Counted from the first letter of the stretch, positions 20,008 to 30,343 are shown. The stretch is DNA of 64,000 nt from Candidatus Bathyarchaeota archaeon (GCA_052246995.1 JBQPWD010000002.1:96001-160000); one strand, 5' to 3'. The notes: generated by a model from the sequence alone, not told the origin. Numbers and translations are program-made.

Positions 20008-20784
20008 TTGGAATATAAAACTATTATCGTGGAACGAAAGGACAATATTGGTTTAATCACCCTTAACCGACCAGAGAAGCTTAACACCTTCACAATGCAA
20101 CTAGCTCAAGAGCTTAACACAGCCTTGCTGGAGTTAGATCGGGATCCCCAGATACGTGTCATAATCATCAAGGGTGCAGGTCGTGCATTTAGTGCAGGAA
20201 TTGATGTTAACGAGTTGAAAGGTAAGAATCCTATAGAAATTCGCAACTGGGTTAAGGCTATGGATGCTCACAATATAACCATTGCCAACATGAGTAAGCC
20301 GGTGATTGCCGCTGTGCATGGTGTTGCCGTAGCTAATGGTTTTGGGTTGGCCGCTGCCTGCGACTTAACCGTTGCAAGTGATGATGCCCGTTTTGGGACA
20401 ACGGCCATAAATGTTGGTTTATACTGTTTTGGCCCTTCGGCGCCATTGTGGCGTATACTGGGCAAGAAGAAGAGCTTGGAGCTCCTACTTACTGGAGACA
20501 TTATCGATGCTAAGGAAGCGGAAAGGATTGGCTTGGTAAATAAAGTGGTACCCAGGGAGAAGCTAGAGGAAGCCGCTATGGAACTTGCCCAGAAACTGGC
20601 CAGTAAAAGTCCTATTGCTCTGCAAATGGGTAAGACTTCCTTCTATAAGATGTGGGATATGAAGTATGAGGAAGCCTTGACTTACTTAGGAGAAGTATTC
20701 ACTATTCTATGTACTACTGAAGATGCTAAAGAAGGAATTACCGCGTTTCTGGAAAAACGGCAACCAGTATGGAAAGGACGTTAG
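20008..20784 (+). CDS. Enoyl-CoA hydratase/isomerase family protein
   Basis: ITLNRPEKLN, FSAGID, KPVIAAVHG, EDAKEGITAFLEKR; visibly more GC-rich than the flanks. Confidence 0.92.
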   Translation: MEYKTIIVERKDNIGLITLNRPEKLNTFTMQLAQELNTALLELDRDPQIRVIIIKGAGRAFSAGIDVNELKGKNPIEIRNWVKAMDAHNITIANMSKPVIAAVHGVAVANGFGLAAACDLTVASDDARFGTTAINVGLYCFGPSAPLWRILGKKKSLELLLTGDIIDAKEAERIGLVNKVVPREKLEEAAMELAQKLASKSPIALQMGKTSFYKMWDMKYEEALTYLGEVFTILCTTEDAKEGITAFLEKRQPVWKGR

Positions 20785-21039
20785 TCAGGATGATTGGAAG
20801 GCCAAAACAAGTGAGTTCTTCTTCATTTTCTGGCTAACATTCTTATCATAACCGTAAACATCAACCTTCTTTTGTCAAAATAAACGAAATTTTTAGGATG
20901 ATTTAAAAAATTCTGCCAAATAGATCTTTGGTTGACTGGTCTAACAAGAGATGACCATTATTGCTACATTAGAAAAACTAACAGCTTAATAACGGAGAAA
21001 TATCCAGAACGTCAAAACTTTCCAGTTAGATGTAAACAC

Positions 21040-21275
21040 AAAAGCATGAAAACGTATGCTAAAAGCCTTAAAAATCTTTTTCAGAGATTTTAGTCGGAAA
21101 TTCCTTAAATTGTTGTCAGCTTCAAGTTTCCTTCTTAGGCACATTTTCCTAAAGAAAATACCAACTAGTGATAAGTTAAAAAATCAGACATCGATATGGA
21201 CGCGAATATTTCACATTACCCATTCTTTAAGAACAAAGACGATTGTTTTCGTTTTTCAATGGAAAAGCTGAAAAT
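21040..21275 (+). pseudogene. Degenerate tyrosine-integrase N-terminal remnant
   Basis: LKALKIFFRDF, then SFKFP in another frame (21118-32), then KKIPTSDKLK; order resembles archaeal integrases as recalled; lies at the tRNA-Ser 3' end. Confidence 0.45.
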
Positions 21276-21403
21276 GTTTTGAATAGAGTATATTAACGTT
21301 AAAGCCATAAGGTAGGCTATTTGTGTAAAGGGAAGAAAGCTTATGTCTTTTGAAGTTGCAATGAGGAAAAACTTGGATAAAAATAACCGTAAAAGATAGT
21401 TGA

Positions 21404-21489
21404 CGCCGGGGACGGGATTTGAACCCGTGCGGCGCAAACGCGCCACAGGCTTAGCAGGCCTGCGCCCTACCAGGCTAGGCGACCCCGGC
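21404..21489 (-). tRNA. tRNA-Ser(GCT), CCA not encoded
   Basis: Acceptor GCCGGGG/CCCCGGC, anticodon arm CAGGC-CTGCTAA-GCCTG, long variable arm, TTCAAAT loop. Confidence 0.97.
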
Positions 21490-21690
21490 AATTATCCCCT
21501 AGCTAACAAATTATTGTCACGTCTATTAGGTGGTTTGTTATCATACAAACATACATAGGTATAGATATTTTTATGTTTTTGTTTGGAGTAAAGTCAGCGC
21601 TTATACGAGCTTTTTTTTTATAACCGCAACTCCTCAAATAGCTCTATCCAGTTTGTTGATAAGAAGCCTTATATTTCTTCGTATACTGAT

Positions 21691-21950
21691 TTAAAAGCCA
21701 ACTCGGCACTCGTGGAGGTAGTTTCGTCCCATCTGTCTATCAACGGTTGAGTCATCCTTAAATGTCCAGTAAAACCAGCCGTTTCTGATCAGCTTACCCT
21801 TATACTTGGTTAAATCTTTCAGCATAGCCTTGAACTGCAGGTTGTTGAGGTCTTTGCTTTTCTCAAACTCTCCTTTAGAGCATTGAATCTTCATCCATTT
21901 AATCTTGTCCGGATTCCGTGAAAACTTGAACTTCCTTCAACCGTTCCTAC
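21691..21950 (-). pseudogene. Remnant of a hypothetical gene typical of archaeal integrated elements
   Basis: Frame extends upstream of the ORF-track start as NPDKIKWMKIQCSKGEFEKSKDLNNLQFKAMLKDL...GWFYWTF; no convincing start; family recognised from memory only. Confidence 0.4.
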
Positions 21951-22070
21951 AAGTTTGACAATTTCAGCGAAGAACTCTTATTCCAACTTTTATACTGTCA
22001 GTGTATTTATGTTTTCTCTGGAGCTAATTCCCTGTAGACCAATGATTATTTTCTCTTTTTTTGGACGCGG

Positions 22071-22331
22071 TTATCCCCAGCGGTATTTTCTTCCCGTTCC
22101 GCCTTTGGGATATAAGAACTTTACGGCTCCTATGGTACATACAAACCAGCATGAGGCACACTCGCAACAGTTCTCGTATTTTACTGCTTTGGCTTTGCCG
22201 TTTACCATAGTTATCACTCCTCCAGGGCATACCTTGACGCAGTCTCCGCATCCTGTGCAGACTTCCGGGTCGATGTTGATGAATTCGCCGCCTGGCGTCC
22301 AGCTTGTTCCTTCCAACATTTTATACTTCAT
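22071..22331 (-). CDS. fixX: FixX-like ferredoxin
   Basis: CxxCxxCxxxCP, CCECASCWFVC and C-terminal YPKGG.G..YRWG. Confidence 0.8.
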   Translation of the reverse strand: MKYKMLEGTSWTPGGEFINIDPEVCTGCGDCVKVCPGGVITMVNGKAKAVKYENCCECASCWFVCTIGAVKFLYPKGGTGRKYRWG

Positions 22332-23635
22332 TTTGCCACCCCCGCAAGTAACATAAGTTCGTTAAATAGCATTGGAAGTTTTCTATAGAGGAATGGTCCT
22401 ATATATCTTATTAGGGGTAGGAATCCGCTTAGTAGCAGCATTAGGTCTGAGGGTTTGGGCTGGTCAAATGCGCTTCTGACTACGTAATTGGAAATCGTGG
22501 AGCTTACTTGGACAATTTTTTCCCCACCCATCTTTGCAATGACGTCTCTTCTCCAAGGTCTTTGCATTAGTCTCCAAATTAGTCTCTTTTTATACTTCTC
22601 CTCGTAGATTGATAGTCCTTCTTCTGAGACGTTGCCTTTGGATATGGATTCAGCCGCGGCTTCTCCTGCAAGCATTCCTGAGGTCATTGCGCCGTAAAAT
22701 CCTGCACAGGTGAAGGAGTCTAAGAATCCTCCTGCATCCCCTGCCACGAGAATCCCGTTGCCATAAGTTTTTTCCAGCATTTTCTGACCTCTGTCGTGTG
22801 CTGACCATAGGGGTACAGTGTTCCACATCCAAGCTCTGAATTTTGCTACGTCCTCGAATCTGTCTTTCCAGAGTTGTGAGCGTAGAAACCTCTCCATGAA
22901 GATGGCGGGATTCTTCCTGCTTGAAACCAGTGCTCCCACTCCCAAGTGAAAGCTTTCTCTATAGGGAAATATCCAAACATATGAACCTATATCTGCGGGG
23001 GTTAGTGTTCCCCAGTAAACTTCAAAAGTGTCCGCCAATCCCAGTCTTTTAATTTCCCTCTCTGGTATTGTGAAGTCTAGAACCACACAATTTTCCACAT
23101 TTTCTGGCGGTAGCTTTCTTCTCACTCCAGCTCTGATTCCTATTAGCGATTTTGCTCCATCAGCTGCTATCACTACTTGGGAATTGATTTTTTCCCCCTT
23201 CTCCGTTACAACTCCCTTAACGTAGCCGTTTTCCTTTATAACATCCACAACGGTTGTGTTATTTTCGAATTCGGCTCCAGCGTTCACAGCGAGCTGGGTT
23301 AGCCATTTACAGAAATCGTAGCAGTAGATGGTATATCCCACCCGACTATCATCAGTGCTCCTAAATGTGAGTTCCAATGGCGTCTCTCCCTTTTCGTTAG
23401 CTACAATCCACCTAACGCCCTTAAGTTCTCTCTCCAATGGAGCCTCCTTTAAAAACTCTAACCCGGGCTCAATGAATGCGTCGTGGGTCAGAATACCTCC
23501 AGAAACAATTTTTTCTCCGGGTTCAGTTGACCTTTCAAGAAGTAAAACTTTAAGCCCCTTTTCCGCAGCGGTCTTTGCTGCAACTGCACCAGCAAACGCT
23601 GAACCAACAACAATAACATCGTACTTCCTATTCAT
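22328..23635 (-). CDS. FixC / geranylgeranyl-reductase family FAD oxidoreductase
   Basis: ERS..PGEK.VSGG, APLER, AADGA, YVWIFP, AGDAGG; likely start ATG 23635. Confidence 0.85.
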   Translation of the reverse strand: MNRKYDVIVVGSAFAGAVAAKTAAEKGLKVLLLERSTEPGEKIVSGGILTHDAFIEPGLEFLKEAPLERELKGVRWIVANEKGETPLELTFRSTDDSRVGYTIYCYDFCKWLTQLAVNAGAEFENNTTVVDVIKENGYVKGVVTEKGEKINSQVVIAADGAKSLIGIRAGVRRKLPPENVENCVVLDFTIPEREIKRLGLADTFEVYWGTLTPADIGSYVWIFPYRESFHLGVGALVSSRKNPAIFMERFLRSQLWKDRFEDVAKFRAWMWNTVPLWSAHDRGQKMLEKTYGNGILVAGDAGGFLDSFTCAGFYGAMTSGMLAGEAAAESISKGNVSEEGLSIYEEKYKKRLIWRLMQRPWRRDVIAKMGGEKIVQVSSTISNYVVRSAFDQPKPSDLMLLLSGFLPLIRYIGPFLYRKLPMLFNELMLLAGVAK

Positions 23636-23868
23636 AAAATCCACACATCCTCTTTCATGCAAGAGAGCATAGTGGTTATAGAACTTTTTCCCCTTTTAAA
23701 AATGTGATACCCAAACATTGTTGTAGTAACTCCTACCCTCCTGGAGTCAGTGGAATCCCGGCAAAGCCTAGAGGCTTCTAAAGGGTTCAAATCCAAAACT
23801 TCATCAATAGCCTTTGCAACCTCATTGGTATTCCCAGTTTCTGGATAATAAACAAATAATACTTTCAT
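23632..23868 (-). pseudogene. Truncated flavodoxin-like gene
   Basis: SD GAGGTG; MKVLFVYYPETGNTNEVAKAI is the flavodoxin FMN loop; the rest is not flavodoxin-like. Confidence 0.55.
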
Positions 23869-24046
23869 TTTTCACACCTCACTAAATGAATATTTAAACA
23901 TTATACGTTTAAGCTTAATGAAACATGCATGCCTAAAAAATAGAAAGGATGAAGTTTCCTTTACGCTTCGCCCTTTACTGGTGTTTTTTAAAGTTTTAGA
24001 GAACATTTTTGTAGACTTGTTGGTAGTTATTTAATGGTAGCGAGAT

Positions 24047-25045
24047 ATGAATTTTGCTGTTCAGGTTAACAGACTTGTAAAGGTTTACGATGGTAAGGTT
24101 AGGGCTTTAGATGGGGTGGATTTAACTGTTGAAGTTGGAGAAACCTTCGCGTTTCTGGGCCCAAATGGTGCTGGAAAGACTACACTTATACGTATTTTGA
24201 CAACACAAATCAAGCCTACTTTTGGGGAAGCATATGTTTTTGGGTTAAACGTTGTTCGTCAAGGTAGCAAGGTTCGGAAGCTGATAAGCTACGTTCCACA
24301 AGAAGTAAGCGTTTGGACAGACATCAGCGGCTATGAAAATCTTCTGATTTATTCTAAAATTTTCGGTTTACCATCTGATGTGAGAGAGAAAATAATTGAT
24401 GAAGTTTTAGAATATATGGGTTTAACCAGTGTAAAGAATAATCTGGTTCGGACATATTCTGGCGGGATGATTAGGAGACTTGAAATAGCCTGTGCCATGC
24501 TTGTTAAGCCAAAAATCATGTTTTTAGACGAGCCAACTATTGGTTTGGATCCTGCTGCCCGAAAAATTGTCTGGGAAAGGTTAAACGTTTTTAAGAAGGA
24601 GTACAATGTAACCATATTCTTCAACACACATTATCTAGATGAGGCTGACTTGTATGCAGACAAGATATCTATAATTAACCAAGGAAAGATAGTAGCAAAG
24701 GGAACAAGCGAAGAGTTAAAGCATTCGTTGGGCGGTGAAATTATCACATTTACCTTTGAAAAAGCTGAATTTAAACCCGAATTAGCTCAAGAATTTATAA
24801 AATTATGTTTTGTGAGGGATGTCTTCGTTGAAGATGGAAGTTTAAGTGTGTTTGTTGATGATGCTGAATCCGCGTTGTTCAGTTTAATGAACATCTTTAA
24901 GGGTAAAGGCATATCTGTAGGAAAGGTTTCTATTACCAAGCCAACTTTAGATGAAGTCTTCCTTAAATATGCTGGCACACGGCTTGAGGAAGGAGGTAAA
25001 TTTAGTGAGGTTAGGCATAGGCGATATAGAATTAGGAAGGGGTAA
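24047..25045 (+). CDS. ABC-2 (DrrA-like) exporter ATP-binding subunit
   Basis: GPNGAGKTT, YSGGM, FLDEPT.GLDP, NTHY, PTLDEVF. Confidence 0.93.
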   Translation: MNFAVQVNRLVKVYDGKVRALDGVDLTVEVGETFAFLGPNGAGKTTLIRILTTQIKPTFGEAYVFGLNVVRQGSKVRKLISYVPQEVSVWTDISGYENLLIYSKIFGLPSDVREKIIDEVLEYMGLTSVKNNLVRTYSGGMIRRLEIACAMLVKPKIMFLDEPTIGLDPAARKIVWERLNVFKKEYNVTIFFNTHYLDEADLYADKISIINQGKIVAKGTSEELKHSLGGEIITFTFEKAEFKPELAQEFIKLCFVRDVFVEDGSLSVFVDDAESALFSLMNIFKGKGISVGKVSITKPTLDEVFLKYAGTRLEEGGKFSEVRHRRYRIRKG

Positions 25046-25048
25046 AAC

Positions 25049-25813
25049 ATGATAGAAGACTTTAAAAACATGCTAGTTATGGTAGAGCTGGAATTGAGAA
25101 GACTACGCCATGACAGAACTGAAATTTACCTTAGGGCTATTCAACCAGTTCTATGGTTAGTCATATATGGATCCATTATGAGCAGCGTTAGGGCTATACC
25201 GACAGGTGGAGTACCATATACAGACTTCATAACTCCAGGAGTTATGATTCAGACAGCAACTTTCGTCAGCATATTCTATGGGTTGATGATGATTTGGGAG
25301 CGTGAGTCCGGTATCCTAAAGAAACTGCTTGTTACTCCAACTTCAAGATACTTCATGGTGATAGGAAGGTCCATGGCTTCAGGTGTAAGAGCCCTTTTTC
25401 AAGCAATATTAATTCTACCCATAGCCCTAATAATTGGTGTACGGCTTATACTTAATCCGATATACGTCATTCTAGCTTTTACAATAATTTTCTTCGTCTC
25501 AGGCGGATTCGCAGCACTATCAATACTTGTAGCCTCAATCATAAAAACTCGTGAAAGATTTATTGGCATAGGCCAAGCCATAGTTATGCCCCTATTTTTT
25601 GCAAGCAACGCCCTGTATCCAGTTCAAATGATGCCTCCAATCCTAAAAGAATTATCAACATTCAACCCGTTAAGCTATGTCATTGATGCAGTAAGAGGCT
25701 TGCTAATTACAGGAGATGTTTCAAATCTCCTACTGGATGTAACTGTGATAATAATTTTCAACATCATAATGTTTGTTACTGCATCAATAAGTTTCAGCAG
25801 AATAATAGAATAA
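25049..25813 (+). CDS. ABC-2 type permease
   Basis: Multiple TM helices, WERESG.LKKLL.TP, NPLSY.IDAVR. Confidence 0.92.
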   Translation: MIEDFKNMLVMVELELRRLRHDRTEIYLRAIQPVLWLVIYGSIMSSVRAIPTGGVPYTDFITPGVMIQTATFVSIFYGLMMIWERESGILKKLLVTPTSRYFMVIGRSMASGVRALFQAILILPIALIIGVRLILNPIYVILAFTIIFFVSGGFAALSILVASIIKTRERFIGIGQAIVMPLFFASNALYPVQMMPPILKELSTFNPLSYVIDAVRGLLITGDVSNLLLDVTVIIIFNIIMFVTASISFSRIIE

Positions 25814-25989
25814 AAAGCCGAGATGAACATTTTATGAAGCCTTATAAACCACCTATTGCTCAGCTACTAAATTTAGGCTTAAAAACTTCCTCTTTTCAAA
25901 TTACATAGTTAAATTAGATTTATGATGTGGTTTTCTGATGGTTCAGGTAAGGTAAACTGTAAATACTGCTTAAGCTTTAATAATTTTCG

Positions 25990-26211
25990 GTGGTGTCTTT
26001 GGCTGGAAAGAGAATTAAAAAGCCTCAAAAAAAGGTTTCGGCAACTCACATTATAAGCTGTAATGTTCATGAAGGTGAACCTTCACGAACAGCTTTACTC
26101 ATCATTTACGATAATGGGGATGTTAATGTTCGCTGTTCGTGTGAAAAATGTGAACTCTGTAAGTATGGTGAACTTATAAAAACCCAACCTAAAACTTCAA
26201 CTCAAACCTAA
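25990..26211 (+). CDS. Small Cys-rich (putative Zn-binding) hypothetical protein
   Basis: CNVH ... CSCEKCELC; plausible promoter spacing. Confidence 0.55.
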   Translation: MVSLAGKRIKKPQKKVSATHIISCNVHEGEPSRTALLIIYDNGDVNVRCSCEKCELCKYGELIKTQPKTSTQT

Positions 26212-26422
26212 ACTTTAAACCAGTTTTTCTCTTTACTAAGGTAAAAGCGGCTTTATTTCCAGTTTACATTTTTTCAATTTTTGTTGCGTGTTTCACTACT
26301 TTTCTTATTAACCCTTTTTTCTTTAATCATTCAACTGTTATACATCTAATCAAAGCTGATCCATTGGAGAGGTAGAAATCCTCTACGCTTAAAATTTCTG
26401 AAAATAATTTAACCAAAAAATA

Positions 26423-26501
26423 TGGTGGGGCCGGCCGGATTTGAACCGGCGATCTGGCGGGCCCAAGCCGCCAAGCGTAGACCAGGCTAGCCCACGGCCC
26501 C
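26423..26501 (-). tRNA. tRNA-Pro(TGG), CCA encoded
   Basis: Acceptor GGGGCCG/CGGCCCC, anticodon arm GGCGG-CTTGGGC-CCGCC, T arm GCCGG-TTCAAAT-CCGGC. Confidence 0.95.
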
Positions 26502-26551
26502 TCATAACACGAGGAACACAATATATAGTAGTAAAGCCTCTTCTAAATTTT

Positions 26552-26569
26552 TCTCTTACATGTAAGAGA
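26552..26569. promoter_or_regulatory. Perfect 18-bp palindrome, candidate operator
   Basis: TCTCTTACATGTAAGAGA between divergent tRNA-Pro and the Fe-S/GlcD operon. Confidence 0.4.
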
Positions 26570-26736
26570 CGGTTAAATTTAGTAAAGTTAATGAGAAAAA
26601 CCTCATAGCAATTATTAAGTAAAGAAACTACCTTACCGGAGTTAGAAGTTTACTCCTTATTTTTAATGAGTTACGGATAGAAGAAATCTAATATATAAAA
26701 ATTATTTTTATAAAAATATGATGTGGAGGAAAGTGC

Positions 26737-27762
26737 TTGAAAAACTTTAAATTAGCTTTTAATAGGGATTTATGTCTGGCTTGTTCTTCTTATGATTGTT
26801 TAGTTAAATGTCAATACCTGAACTTAGGGTCTACTGAGGCTAGAAGTGAAATTAGAAAAATTATCAGCGGTGAGTTATCCCAAGTTTTGTACAATTGCGT
26901 TACATGTTATGCGTGTGAAGAATATTGTAGATGGGGTAATCATCCATTTTACCTTATAGTTGAACGTCAGGAGGAAAAAGGAATTCTGCCAGCGCCAAAA
27001 CCAATAGTTAAACGTTGGGTTCAAAGTGGAGAGTTAATTGGGAGAGAACCTGAAATTAAACCTGTTAAAGAACCTGTAATTTCTTTATGCTTTTTTCCTC
27101 AACTGGCACCCTTGATTCAAGGTAAGCTTTTCGATGGGGCTTCAGTAATTTACGGACGGCATGTTTTTTGTAATGTTGTTTACTTACATTTTGGAAAGTC
27201 TTCAATAATAAAAGAGAGAGCTCCTATAATAATAGGAAATATTGCAAAATACGGTGTTAAGGAGCTTATATGTTTTCATGATGAATGTTATGGGTTATTT
27301 AAATCATTAGCACCAGCATACAACATCAAAGTACCATTTAAACCTATACATCTTTTTGAGTATCTTTACAACAAGTTAATGGAGCATGAAAAAATTATTA
27401 AGCCGTTAAACTTTAAAGTTGCATATCAGCGTAATTGTTCAACTAGGTTAACACCAGATAAGGAACACTTTGTTGATGATATTTTTGAATTAATTGGTGT
27501 TAAACGTGTTAAGAGGGAGTATGATAGAGAAAACGCGTTATGTTGTGCTGGAATAATAAAGGAACTTGGATATCCTGAGTTGAGCGAAGAATTACAAAGA
27601 AAAAATGTTGAAGATATGAAAAAGGCTGATGCGGAGTATGTTGTTTTTAACTGTCCAATGTGTTACTTTATTTTGGCTGAGAAAGTGGGTAAACTTGGCA
27701 TGAAGCCGATGTTGATGAGTGAACTTTGTAAACTTGCTATAGGTGAGAAACCTATCCTATAG
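26737..27762 (+). CDS. CCG-domain (Fe-S)-binding protein (HdrD/GlpC-like)
   Basis: CVTCYACEEYC, YQRNC, LCCAG, FNCPMC. Confidence 0.85.
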   Translation: MKNFKLAFNRDLCLACSSYDCLVKCQYLNLGSTEARSEIRKIISGELSQVLYNCVTCYACEEYCRWGNHPFYLIVERQEEKGILPAPKPIVKRWVQSGELIGREPEIKPVKEPVISLCFFPQLAPLIQGKLFDGASVIYGRHVFCNVVYLHFGKSSIIKERAPIIIGNIAKYGVKELICFHDECYGLFKSLAPAYNIKVPFKPIHLFEYLYNKLMEHEKIIKPLNFKVAYQRNCSTRLTPDKEHFVDDIFELIGVKRVKREYDRENALCCAGIIKELGYPELSEELQRKNVEDMKKADAEYVVFNCPMCYFILAEKVGKLGMKPMLMSELCKLAIGEKPIL

Positions 27763-27786
27763 GGTTTTAACTTGGAGGTAAAAAAT

Positions 27787-29169
27787 ATGAGTAGTGTGTA
27801 TGAAGCTTTAGTTAAGATAGTTGGCGAAAATTATGTTTCAGATAGAACTGAGGAAAAGTATTTTTACTCTAGAGACCAAGGATTAATGAAACCTTGTAAA
27901 CCAGATTACATTGTTTTACCTAAAAGTGTAGAGGAAGTTCAAGCAATTGTTAAACTTGCATGTAAAGAAAAAATTCCTATTGTGGTTAGAGGAGCAGGTC
28001 TTGCCTTAACAGGTCTGGTTAGACCCTTAAAGGGTGGAATAGTTTTAGACCTAAAAAGAATGGATAAGATTTTAGAGATTAATGAGAAAGCAAGATACGC
28101 TGTCATTGAGGCTGGAGTTACAACTGGAAAATTAAAAGCATACTTGGAACATTATTATCCACATTTAAGATTTTCAATTCCAGATGCCCCACCTTCTGCA
28201 ACTGTTGCTGGAAACATTGTTATACATGGACAGGGACGATTAGCCCAGCAGTATGGTTTTAATTCTGATATGGTTTGCGGTTTAGAGGTTGTTTTACCTT
28301 CTGGTGATGTTTGTAGAATTGGTTCATGTTCATTATCACCCTACTGGTTTTCTAAAGGACCACCATTACCAGACTTGTCAGGACTTTTCCTAGGGTGGTT
28401 TGGAACAACAGGAATAATAACGAAAATAGGAATAAGATTATACCCAAACAAAAAGATAAGAGATGTAGAAGTCTTTGTAACAGATGATGAAAATCTTGTC
28501 CCAGATATTATATCTCGAATTACCTATACTGAAGTTGCTGAAGATGTAAACGTTTGGACTCAACCATACCCATTAATCTACAGAGGAATACATCATATAA
28601 CTGTATGCTTAACAGGAGATAGTGAGGAAGAAGTTGAGTTTAAAAGAAAACTGGTTGTAGATTCTCTCAGAGAGTATATTAAGCGTAAAGAGGGAGGTTT
28701 TATATTTTTAACACCTGACATTAAATCAACACTACTAGAAATGCCTCTAAGCAGTTTAACACGGTTTGCTGATGTAAAAAGAGGTGGCGGTTTCCAGTAT
28801 ACCGGGCCAATTATTCCTATTGAAAAATATCCTGAAGCTTATAAAAGAATGGTTGATGTAGCTGAAAAATATAAGACCACTTGGGCTGTAGCTTCACGTG
28901 TTATTGGTAGAGGACACTGTATGATGTTTGGTTTTTCATTCCCGTTCAACCGTATAGATCCGTCCGATATTGAACGTGTAGAGAAAGCTTTGCATGAATG
29001 TGACCTTATAGCTTTAGAGCTTGGAGGCCTTCCTTGGAAGGCTGAGGTGCCGGCTCAACAAGAAATTTTAAAACGTATGGATCCAAACACACGCAAGTTA
29101 ATGGTACAAATAAAGAAGCTTCTTGACCCCTATGGTATTATGAACCCTGGAAATTGGGAGGTAGAGTAG
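27787..29169 (+). CDS. FAD-linked oxidoreductase, GlcD / D-lactate dehydrogenase family
   Basis: RGAG..LTG, ATVAGN, GTTGIITK, LDPYGIMNPG; SD GGAGGT before ATG 27787. Confidence 0.88.
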   Translation: MSSVYEALVKIVGENYVSDRTEEKYFYSRDQGLMKPCKPDYIVLPKSVEEVQAIVKLACKEKIPIVVRGAGLALTGLVRPLKGGIVLDLKRMDKILEINEKARYAVIEAGVTTGKLKAYLEHYYPHLRFSIPDAPPSATVAGNIVIHGQGRLAQQYGFNSDMVCGLEVVLPSGDVCRIGSCSLSPYWFSKGPPLPDLSGLFLGWFGTTGIITKIGIRLYPNKKIRDVEVFVTDDENLVPDIISRITYTEVAEDVNVWTQPYPLIYRGIHHITVCLTGDSEEEVEFKRKLVVDSLREYIKRKEGGFIFLTPDIKSTLLEMPLSSLTRFADVKRGGGFQYTGPIIPIEKYPEAYKRMVDVAEKYKTTWAVASRVIGRGHCMMFGFSFPFNRIDPSDIERVEKALHECDLIALELGGLPWKAEVPAQQEILKRMDPNTRKLMVQIKKLLDPYGIMNPGNWEVE

Positions 29170-29170
29170 C

Positions 29171-30343
29171 TTGGAAAAAACAAGTTTAATTTTTCCTCAA
29201 CTTTACAGATGTTTTGCATGTGGCTACTGTAAGTTTACAAGTGATTTTACAGACTATAATTGTCCTTCGTATAAACGCTTCAAATTTGAAACCTACTTTA
29301 CAGGTGGCAGGTTATGGCTTATGTATGCGTGGTTAAATGGCGAAATTAATTGGAGCAAAAACCTTGCAAATATAATTTACGCATGTACTACATGTAAAAA
29401 TTGTGTTGAACGTTGTCCATTAGGGTTTAATCAAGACATTGTTAACTGGATTACTTTTGTAAGAAGCGAAGTTGTTGAAAAAGGATTGGCTCCTCCTGCT
29501 GTAAGGGATTTTCTTGAAAACATACGAAAGCACGGGAATCCGTGGGGAAAGCCTAGAAGCGAAAGAGAAGCATGGGCTAAAAATGTTGGTGTAAGAAAGT
29601 TTGAGTCTACTGATGATTATCTTCTTTATGTTGGTTGTTTAGCTTCTTACGATGAGCGTACACAGGAAGTAGCTAAAAGTGTTTCGGAAATACTAACTAT
29701 TGCTGGTATTTCATTTGGCATCCTTGGAGATGAAGAAAATTGCGATGGAAACGAAGTTTTTATGCTTGGTGAAAAAGGATTGTATCAGTTGTTAGCTGAA
29801 CAAAATATAAGAAAGTTTAAAGAGTTAAACGTAAAACGGATAATAACAATTTCACCTCATGCATATAATATTATGAAAAACGAATATCCAAAACTTGGAG
29901 GGATGTTTGAAGTACTACATTATACACAAATCTTGCACAACTTAATTAAAAATGGAAAAATAAAACTTTCAAAAAACGAAGTTAAAGTTACCTATCATGA
30001 CCCATGCTTTCTTGGTAGGTATAATTGGATTTACGAGGTTCCAAGAGAAGTTTTAAAAAGCATTCCAGAACTCAAACTTCTGGAGATGAAAAGAAACATG
30101 GGAAATTCGTTTTGCTGTGGAGGTGGAAGCGGAAACTTTGTAACAGACTTTTTAGGAGGTTCTGAAGATAGCCCTAACAGGATTAGAGTTAGAGAGGCTT
30201 ATGAAACTGGAGCTAAAGTTTTAGCGGTAGCATGTCCAAGCTGCCTGACAATGTTTGAAAGTGCATTAAAAGATGAGGAAATGGAGGAAAAATTAATAGT
30301 TAAAGATGTTTCTGAAATTGTAAGGAATTCGTGTAGAAAGTAG
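29171..30343 (+). CDS. CCG-domain (Fe-S)-binding protein (HdrD/GlcF-like)
   Basis: CxxCxxC, CTTCKNCVERCP, GNPWG, YHDPCFLGR, CCGGG, ACPSC. Confidence 0.88.
   Translation: MEKTSLIFPQLYRCFACGYCKFTSDFTDYNCPSYKRFKFETYFTGGRLWLMYAWLNGEINWSKNLANIIYACTTCKNCVERCPLGFNQDIVNWITFVRSEVVEKGLAPPAVRDFLENIRKHGNPWGKPRSEREAWAKNVGVRKFESTDDYLLYVGCLASYDERTQEVAKSVSEILTIAGISFGILGDEENCDGNEVFMLGEKGLYQLLAEQNIRKFKELNVKRIITISPHAYNIMKNEYPKLGGMFEVLHYTQILHNLIKNGKIKLSKNEVKVTYHDPCFLGRYNWIYEVPREVLKSIPELKLLEMKRNMGNSFCCGGGSGNFVTDFLGGSEDSPNRIRVREAYETGAKVLAVACPSCLTMFESALKDEEMEEKLIVKDVSEIVRNSCRK

Noticed and set aside
21216-21491. 91-aa ORF on the minus strand
   Set aside because: Translation through the tRNA-Ser gene; no protein motifs
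26327-26521. 64-aa ORF whose tail (SEILSVEDFYLSNG) faintly recalls integrase box I
   Set aside because: Mostly overlaps tRNA-Pro; resemblance too short, catalytic Arg absent
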